NCBI GenBank assembly: GCA_965279375.1
Contig: OZ257156.1
Coordinates: 704,001 to 768,000 of the forward strand
Direction: 5' to 3'
DNA from: Gemmatimonas sp.
GTDB lineage: Bacteria > Gemmatimonadota > Gemmatimonadetes > Gemmatimonadales > Gemmatimonadaceae
DNA length: 64,000 bases
Within the stretch, counting starts at the first letter, position 1, and each line of letters begins with the position of its first letter. Under the pieces are notes generated by a model that was given only the letters and a program-made list of their open reading frames with translations, was not told where the DNA came from and made no database searches. The translations under genes were made by a program, and so were the position numbers. Below are positions 57,538-64,000 of this stretch, piece after piece.

Positions 57538-60500
57538 TCAGTTCGACAAGGACACCGTCGGCTGACCCGCCGCCTTGCGCTTCGCATTGAACGCCGCGAG
57601 CTGCGTCGTGCGGATCTTGTTCCACTCGGGCAGCACCTGCGCTGCTTGTGCACGCGCCGCGGTGCATGCGGCAACCTGCGTGGCCGTCGGCGCAACATCG
57701 GCGCCCTGCATCGCCATGGCGGCCGCCTGCAGCGCGTTGCTCACCGTTTCCAGCGACAGCGACGGCGCCGCACCACCGCGGCGACGGAGCGCGCGTACGT
57801 TGCGCACCTGCCCAGGCGCCACGCTCTCGATCGACGCCTTGAGCGCGTCGACATCGGCGCCGGACATCGTGTTGAGCTTGGCCACGAGAGCACGCGCTTC
57901 GACGAACGCGTTGTGTGTGGTCACCGCGCCATCGTACATCTCCTTGCTCAGTGCATTGAGCTGCGCCAACGCGACAGGTGACATCTTCACGCGCGGGTCG
58001 AGCTTGAGCACGAGCGGCTGCGTGTACTTGGCGCCGTCCACGGTGAGCCGCACGGTGTAGTTGCCCGGCGGGGCCCACGGCGTGTTCACGGCAGGGAGCG
58101 TGCGATGTGGCACCGCGCCTGTGGCTTCGTCGTCGCCAACCGGAATGACGTCTTCGGGAGAGACGGGATCATAGTGCAGATCCCAGCTGAAGCGATGCGC
58201 GCCGGCCTTGGCCGAGATAACCATCGACGGCGACGGCCAGTAGAGCGGCAGACCGCAGAACGGCGCAGTCGGCGTCTTCTGACAGACCTTGTTGTACGCG
58301 ACCGGATCGACCGCGGGCTCGGGGTCGAGCGCCTTGTCGGTGCTGGAGTAGGTGCGCACCACCTTGCCCGCCGCATCGAGAATCTCAAGTGTCACCGGCG
58401 ACTTGGCGTCGGATGACAAGTAGTAGTTGAGAATGCCACCGGACGGCGGATTCTCGCCCGACGGCATCTCCGGTGGCCACGGCGTGGGATCGTTGGTGCC
58501 GAATCGCACGCGCACTGCCGTACCGGGCTTGAAGAGATAGGCCTTGCTTGCGGTCTTCGCGGCCTGCAGCGCCGCCGCCTGACGCAGCGGCGTCACATCG
58601 TCGAGAATCCAGAAGCCACGACCGTGCGTGCCGGCGATGAGATCGGCGCACAAGCACGACGCATCGTCCTTGATCTGCAGATCACGCACCGAGATCGCCG
58701 GCATGTCGTTCTTGAGCGACTGCCAGTGATCGCCATCGTCGAACGACACCCACACCTGCAGATCGGTGGCGGCGTACAGCAGCCCCTTCACACGCGGATC
58801 TTCGCGAATGGAGTTGGCCACGGCACCACCGGCGATACCGTTGTTGATCTCCGTCCACGTCTTGCCGCCGTCGTGCGTGCGCCAGAAGTGCGGATTGAGA
58901 TCGTCGATACGCAGCGTGTTGGCCGCGGCGTACGCCGTCTGCGTGTCGAAGTGCCCCGCTTCGATGTTGAAGATGCGCGTCCACGGCTTGATCGCCGCTG
59001 GCGTCACGTTCTTCCATGACGCGCCGCCATCCATCGTCACCTGGATGTTGCCATCGTCCGTGCCGGCCCAGATGCCACCCAGCTTGAGCGGCGAGGGCGA
59101 CAGCGCGGTGATGCTCCCCATCGGCGTCGGCGTGACGGTGCTCGCGTACTTGCCAGCCGTTGCCGGCACGGCCCACGTGGGACGCGCGAGATCGGGGCTG
59201 ATGCGCTTCCACGACTTCGCGCGATCGGTGCTCTGCCACACCACGTTGGACGTGTAATAGAGCGTCGTGTTGTCCACCGGCGACCACGCGATCGGCATGG
59301 TGCGCACGTTGCGATTCATCGTGTTCCCGTCGGGAAACTTTGCACTCGCATCGGGGCCCACGAGCGTCGTCTGCGCGGTGCGCCGATCGTACAACGACAC
59401 GTTCGTGCGCTGGCTGCCGAAGACGAGGTCGGGATCCTTGGGATCCGACGCGGCGATGCCGTACTCCTGAATGTTGACGGGATGCCAGTCGTGGAAGGTG
59501 ATGCGACCGTCCATCGAGCGACTGTCCACGCACGCGGAGCCCGAGTCCTGCTGTCCGCCGCAGACGCGATACGGAAAGTTGTTGTCGGTGGAGACGTGGT
59601 ACATCGCCGCCGTCGGCTGGTTGTACCAGTTGCTCCACGACACGCCGCGATTGCCCGAGACCACGCCGCCCTGATCCGCTACCGCGAGAATGATGTCCGG
59701 GTTGTTCGGGTTGATCCACGTCTTCTGATAGTCGTCACCGCCGGGCGCGCCACGAATCGCGGTCCAGGTGATGCCGCCATCGTCGGTTCGCCAGAACACG
59801 GTGCTCGAGCTGTACACCACGTTCTCGTTCTTCGGGTCCACCACGATCGTCGGCAAATCACCACCACCGATGCGCGTGAGTGGCCGTTGATCGGGTGACG
59901 CCGGCTTGATGCCGCTGGGCCCCGGCGGATCGTTAAACGCGAGATGCCAGTGATCTCCGGCATCAGTGCTCTTGTAGAAACCAACCGTGCCCGTGGTGGT
60001 GGGGCGCGCGGCTGCACCGGTCGCATCGCGCGGAGTGCCGGCGATCATCGCATACAACAGCTTGGGATTGCTCGGCGAGATCGCGATGTTGGCCTGAATG
60101 ACGTTGGGCAAGCCTTCCGTGATCGGCTTCCACGTGTCGCCACCATTGGTGGACTTGAAGATGCCGGTGCTGGTGCCGCCAAACGCGAGCCCTTCGATGA
60201 AGCTTTGCTGCTGCTGCCACATCGTGGCGTAGATCGTATTCGGATTGCTCGGATCGATGCGCACGTCGTTGCCGCTCGTGTACTCATCGGCGTAGAGCAC
60301 CTTCTGAAATGACTTGCCACCATCCAGCGAGCGGAAGATGCCGCGTTCGGTGTTGGGGCCATACGGATGCCCAAGCACGGCCACGAACAACCGATCCGGA
60401 TTCTTTGGATCCACATCGATCATCGCGATCATCTGGCTTTCGCGCAGCCCCAGATGCGCCCACGTCTTGCCACCGTCATTGGACTTGTACATCCCATCAC

Positions 60501-60855
60501 CCACCGCGAGGTCAGGGCGAATGATGCCGGCGCCGGTCCCCACGTATACGATGTTCGGATCGGACGGCGCGACTGCAATTGCACCGATCGACCCGGTCGC
60601 TTCCTTGTCGAACACGGGCACCCAGTTGGAGCCGTAGTCGGAGCTGCGCCACACGCCACCGTTATCGAAGCCGATGAAGAACACATTCGGCTGACTGGGC
60701 ACGCCGGACAACGCGCGCGCGCGACCGGCGCGCACGGGTCCGATGGAGCGCCAATGCATCGCGCTGGCGATGTCGGTCGGCTGCGCGACGATGGGTGATG
60801 CCATCGCGACAACACCAACCATCGCCGCCGCGAACTGCGAGATGGAACGAGACAC
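57538..60855 (-). CDS. Secreted BNR/VPS10-like beta-propeller protein, paralog B
   Basis: WRSIGPVRAGR, Asp boxes, GAPGGDDY, GGQQDSGS, THGRGFWILDD; helical C-terminal tail. Confidence 0.88.
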   Translation of the reverse strand: MSRSISQFAAAMVGVVAMASPIVAQPTDIASAMHWRSIGPVRAGRARALSGVPSQPNVFFIGFDNGGVWRSSDYGSNWVPVFDKEATGSIGAIAVAPSDPNIVYVGTGAGIIRPDLAVGDGMYKSNDGGKTWAHLGLRESQMIAMIDVDPKNPDRLFVAVLGHPYGPNTERGIFRSLDGGKSFQKVLYADEYTSGNDVRIDPSNPNTIYATMWQQQQSFIEGLAFGGTSTGIFKSTNGGDTWKPITEGLPNVIQANIAISPSNPKLLYAMIAGTPRDATGAAARPTTTGTVGFYKSTDAGDHWHLAFNDPPGPSGIKPASPDQRPLTRIGGGDLPTIVVDPKNENVVYSSSTVFWRTDDGGITWTAIRGAPGGDDYQKTWINPNNPDIILAVADQGGVVSGNRGVSWSNWYNQPTAAMYHVSTDNNFPYRVCGGQQDSGSACVDSRSMDGRITFHDWHPVNIQEYGIAASDPKDPDLVFGSQRTNVSLYDRRTAQTTLVGPDASAKFPDGNTMNRNVRTMPIAWSPVDNTTLYYTSNVVWQSTDRAKSWKRISPDLARPTWAVPATAGKYASTVTPTPMGSITALSPSPLKLGGIWAGTDDGNIQVTMDGGASWKNVTPAAIKPWTRIFNIEAGHFDTQTAYAAANTLRIDDLNPHFWRTHDGGKTWTEINNGIAGGAVANSIREDPRVKGLLYAATDLQVWVSFDDGDHWQSLKNDMPAISVRDLQIKDDASCLCADLIAGTHGRGFWILDDVTPLRQAAALQAAKTASKAYLFKPGTAVRVRFGTNDPTPWPPEMPSGENPPSGGILNYYLSSDAKSPVTLEILDAAGKVVRTYSSTDKALDPEPAVDPVAYNKVCQKTPTAPFCGLPLYWPSPSMVISAKAGAHRFSWDLHYDPVSPEDVIPVGDDEATGAVPHRTLPAVNTPWAPPGNYTVRLTVDGAKYTQPLVLKLDPRVKMSPVALAQLNALSKEMYDGAVTTHNAFVEARALVAKLNTMSGADVDALKASIESVAPGQVRNVRALRRRGGAAPSLSLETVSNALQAAAMAMQGADVAPTATQVAACTAARAQAAQVLPEWNKIRTTQLAAFNAKRKAAGQPTVSLSN

Positions 60856-60867
60856 GAGAGTGTACCT

Positions 60868-63800
60868 CTAGGAGATGGACTTCACGCCCTTCGCGGGCGG
60901 AATGAAGATCGGCGGGAGCCCGAGTTCCTGCAGGAGCGCGTTCAACGCCTTGAGTTCCTTCGCCTCGAGTTGCTGCAACCGCTGCAGCTGTACATCGATC
61001 TTCCCGCCGAGATCGTCGAGGATTTCGCCATGCTGCTTGGTCGGTGCCGTTTCCTGCCCCAGCACCTGCGAGTTGAGCGAGAGCATCATGTTGTACAGCT
61101 TGATCGGGAAGTGCAGCGTGGCCTGATCGTCGTGATTGAACCAGTCCACCAGCTCCGTGCGCACGACCTCGAGCTGCTCACGCACCGGCTTGGACGCGTC
61201 CTTCACGCGCTTGGCATACGTCTGCTCCGACGACTGATCCACGCGCACGTCGATCTGCTTCTGCAAATCTTCGATGCGATCGAACGCGTCGACGATGCTG
61301 TTGAGCCGCCCCTGCACCTTCATGCCCAGATCGAACGTCTGCTGCAGGTCAGCCGTGGTGGCATCGAGACGCGGATCGAGCTTGACAGTGAACGAACGCG
61401 TGAGCGTGTCCTTCCCCACGATCAACCGCACGCGATAGTCGCCCGGCACCGCCGATGGCCCGTTGAGCGTGCCCATGTCGTTGACGACGGTCTTGATCGG
61501 GCGCGCGTCCACGTAGCGCAGATTCCACCAGAAGCGATTGCTTCCCGCACGCGTCTGCACGATGGAATCCGACGCGAAGTACGCGAGCGAATCCACCGCC
61601 GCACGCGGCATCGTCGGCGGATTGGTCGTGGTGTCCGGCGCCGGCGCCATCTTGGCCTTGAAGCTCCGCACCACTGTGCCGCGCGGATCGAGGAACTGCA
61701 TCGTCACCGCTTCCTTCGGCACTTCCTTGAACCAGTAGTCCACCAGCACACCATCGTACGGATTCTCGCCCGCGTTGCCGCCACGCCCACCGCGGCCACC
61801 GGCAAAGCGATAGGCGATGGACGGCTGGAACAGGTGCACCTTCTTGGCGGTCACCGAATCGTGCATCTGCCGCAACGATGCGATGTCATCCAGCGCCCAG
61901 AACGCACGACCGTGCGTGGCCACCACGATGTCGTTCCCCTGCACGCGCAGATCGCGCACGCTGGCCCGCGGCAGATTCAGCTGCAACGTCTCCCACTTGG
62001 CGCCGTCGTCGAACGACACGTAGACACCGGTTTCCGTCGCCGCGAACAGCAGTCCGCGACGCACGACATCCTCACGGATCGAGCGCGCGTACGCACCCAT
62101 CGGGATGCCGGCGTCGATGCGCGTCCACGTCGCGCCGTAGTCAGTGGTCTTGTAGAAGTACGGCTTGAAATCATCCAGCTGGTACCGCGTCGCCGACATG
62201 TATGCGACGCCCGGGTCATAGCGCGACGCTTCGATGCCCGTGATGCGCGTGTGCTTGGCCATCGCCTTGGGCGTCACGTCGGTCCACGTCTTGCCGCCAT
62301 CCTTCGTCAGGTGCACGCGCCCATCATCCGACCCAGTCCAGATCTGTCCCTTGTTCGTCGGGGACTCGGCCAGCGAGTAAATCGTCGCATACCACTCGGT
62401 GCCGGTCATGTCCTTGTGCACCGGACCACCACTCGGCCCCATCGTCGCGGGATCGGCGTACGTGAGATCGGGGGAGATCTTCTCCCAGCTGCGTCCTTCG
62501 TTGGTCGACTTCCAGAGATGCTGCGACGCGGCGTACAGAATCGTCGGGTCGTGCGGTGAGAGCATCACCGGGAACGTCCATTGGAACCGATTCGGCACGT
62601 CCTTCACCGCAATGCCGTCGTAGTTGTTGAGCCACACGGCGATGTCGTTCGACTGCTGCGTGCGGTTATCGTGGCGCGCCAACATGCCCGTGTAGCAACC
62701 GCCGTACGTGATGGCCGGATTTCGCGGGTCCACCGCGATGTGCGCGTTCTCGCAGCCAGCGACCGGCCACCAGTCGCGCGTGCCAATCGATCCGAAGTCG
62801 GAGCGCGACGCAATGGAAACGGTGCTGTTGTCCTGCTGCGCACCGTAGATGCGGTACGGCCACTGATTGTCGGTGATGACGTGGTAGAACTGCGCCGTCG
62901 GCTGATTGTCGATCGAGCTCCAGCTCTTGCCGCCATCCAGTGAGACCGTGGCACCGCCATCGTTGCCGTTGATCAACCGATCGGAGTTCTTGGGATCCAC
63001 CCACATGATGTGCGTATCGCCGTGCGGCACGCGCGCGCGCTGGAACGTGCGACCACCATCGATCGACTTCCACACCTGCAGGTTCATCACCCAGAGCGTG
63101 TTCTCATTGCTGGGGTCAGCGGTGACCGCCGAGTAGTACCACGGCCTAACCTGGAACTGCTGCTGGCCGTTGGTGCGCGACCAGGTGGCGCCCGCGTCGT
63201 CCGAGCGGAAGATGCCACCCAGCGTGTCCTTCGCTTCAATCGACGCGTAGATGCGGCGCGGATTGGCCGGCGACACTGCGACACCGATCTTGCCGATCGG
63301 CGCCTTGGGCATGCCGGGGTTCATCGTCAGCTCGGTCCACGTGTCGCCGGCATCGGTGGACTTCCACAAGCCGCTACGGCCGCCGCCCGCTTCCATGCCC
63401 CACGGCGAGCGCTGGAACTTCCACATCGACGCGTAGATGATGCGCGGGTTGGACGGGTCGATGGAGATGTCGTTGCCGCCCGTGGAGTCGTTGATGAAGA
63501 GCACCTTCTTCCACGACTTGCCGCCGTCCATCGTGCGGAAGACGCCACGCTCTGGATTGGGGCCGAACGCATGCCCGATCGCCGACACATACGCGACGTC
63601 CGGATTGTTGGGGTGCACGCGAATGGACGTGACCTGATGCGTTTCAGTGAGACCGAGATGCTGCCACGTCTGGCCGGCATCGGTGCTACGATAGACGCCG
63701 GTACCGTACGTGAGATCCTCGCGCAGCTGCGACTCACCGGCGCCCACATAGATCACGTTGGGATCCGATGGGGCCACCGTGATCGCGCCCACCGATGAGA

Positions 63801-64000
63801 TATCGGTCTTGCCGTCGGTGATGTTCTCCCAGCTCATGCCAGCATTGGCGGTCTTCCACACGCCACCGTTCACGGCGCCCATGTAGAACACGAGCGGCTT
63901 GGTGGGATCGCCCGCCACCGCATCAACGCGTCCGCCACGAAACGGACCGACCAGACGCCAGCGCAGCGCCTTGAAGTTGCGGTTGGTCGCTGAAGGATCG
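60868..64000 (-). CDS. Secreted BNR/VPS10-like beta-propeller protein, paralog C (5' end beyond window)
   Basis: Frame stays open to the window end (...ALRWRLVGPFRGGRVDAVAGDP); Asp boxes, PHGDTH, GAQQDN, ATHGRAFWALDD; coiled-coil tail. Confidence 0.88.
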   Translation of the reverse strand, partial: DPSATNRNFKALRWRLVGPFRGGRVDAVAGDPTKPLVFYMGAVNGGVWKTANAGMSWENITDGKTDISSVGAITVAPSDPNVIYVGAGESQLREDLTYGTGVYRSTDAGQTWQHLGLTETHQVTSIRVHPNNPDVAYVSAIGHAFGPNPERGVFRTMDGGKSWKKVLFINDSTGGNDISIDPSNPRIIYASMWKFQRSPWGMEAGGGRSGLWKSTDAGDTWTELTMNPGMPKAPIGKIGVAVSPANPRRIYASIEAKDTLGGIFRSDDAGATWSRTNGQQQFQVRPWYYSAVTADPSNENTLWVMNLQVWKSIDGGRTFQRARVPHGDTHIMWVDPKNSDRLINGNDGGATVSLDGGKSWSSIDNQPTAQFYHVITDNQWPYRIYGAQQDNSTVSIASRSDFGSIGTRDWWPVAGCENAHIAVDPRNPAITYGGCYTGMLARHDNRTQQSNDIAVWLNNYDGIAVKDVPNRFQWTFPVMLSPHDPTILYAASQHLWKSTNEGRSWEKISPDLTYADPATMGPSGGPVHKDMTGTEWYATIYSLAESPTNKGQIWTGSDDGRVHLTKDGGKTWTDVTPKAMAKHTRITGIEASRYDPGVAYMSATRYQLDDFKPYFYKTTDYGATWTRIDAGIPMGAYARSIREDVVRRGLLFAATETGVYVSFDDGAKWETLQLNLPRASVRDLRVQGNDIVVATHGRAFWALDDIASLRQMHDSVTAKKVHLFQPSIAYRFAGGRGGRGGNAGENPYDGVLVDYWFKEVPKEAVTMQFLDPRGTVVRSFKAKMAPAPDTTTNPPTMPRAAVDSLAYFASDSIVQTRAGSNRFWWNLRYVDARPIKTVVNDMGTLNGPSAVPGDYRVRLIVGKDTLTRSFTVKLDPRLDATTADLQQTFDLGMKVQGRLNSIVDAFDRIEDLQKQIDVRVDQSSEQTYAKRVKDASKPVREQLEVVRTELVDWFNHDDQATLHFPIKLYNMMLSLNSQVLGQETAPTKQHGEILDDLGGKIDVQLQRLQQLEAKELKALNALLQELGLPPIFIPPAKGVKSIS

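Overview
High-GC bacterial chromosomal window. Gene content (SusC/SusD pair, PEP-CTERM protein, DUF1592/DUF1552 cluster, several giant BNR/VPS10 beta-propeller proteins, many secreted peptidases) suggests a Gemmatimonas-like (Gemmatimonadota) organism; this is inference, not a database result. About 47 CDSs, dominated by envelope and secreted nutrient-scavenging functions: a DgcN/DUF1611 protein, an S9 peptidase, two gamma-glutamyltransferases, an amidohydrolase-serine hydrolase fusion, three TonB-type receptors, three BNR/VPS10 proteins, a GMC oxidoreductase operon, an MCP, RsgA and a SET protein. No rRNA, tRNA, CRISPR array, transposase or integrase was seen. The most interesting items are: (1) a His/Cys-rich DUF2946/CruR-like leader ORF ending in a non-canonical PFANGPP motif, ahead of a TonB receptor-TlpA-BNR operon (candidate metal-sensing ribosome-arrest system); (2) a diheme DUF1592 + Tat DUF1552 + secreted ankyrin-CxxC three-gene system of unknown function; (3) a ~180-nt nested intergenic hairpin with strand-biased G-U pairs; (4) a sigma-54-type promoter on an orphan PEP-CTERM gene; (5) a single-base frameshift in the GMC accessory subunit. 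Family assignments come from motif recognition by eye, and start codons are best estimates.
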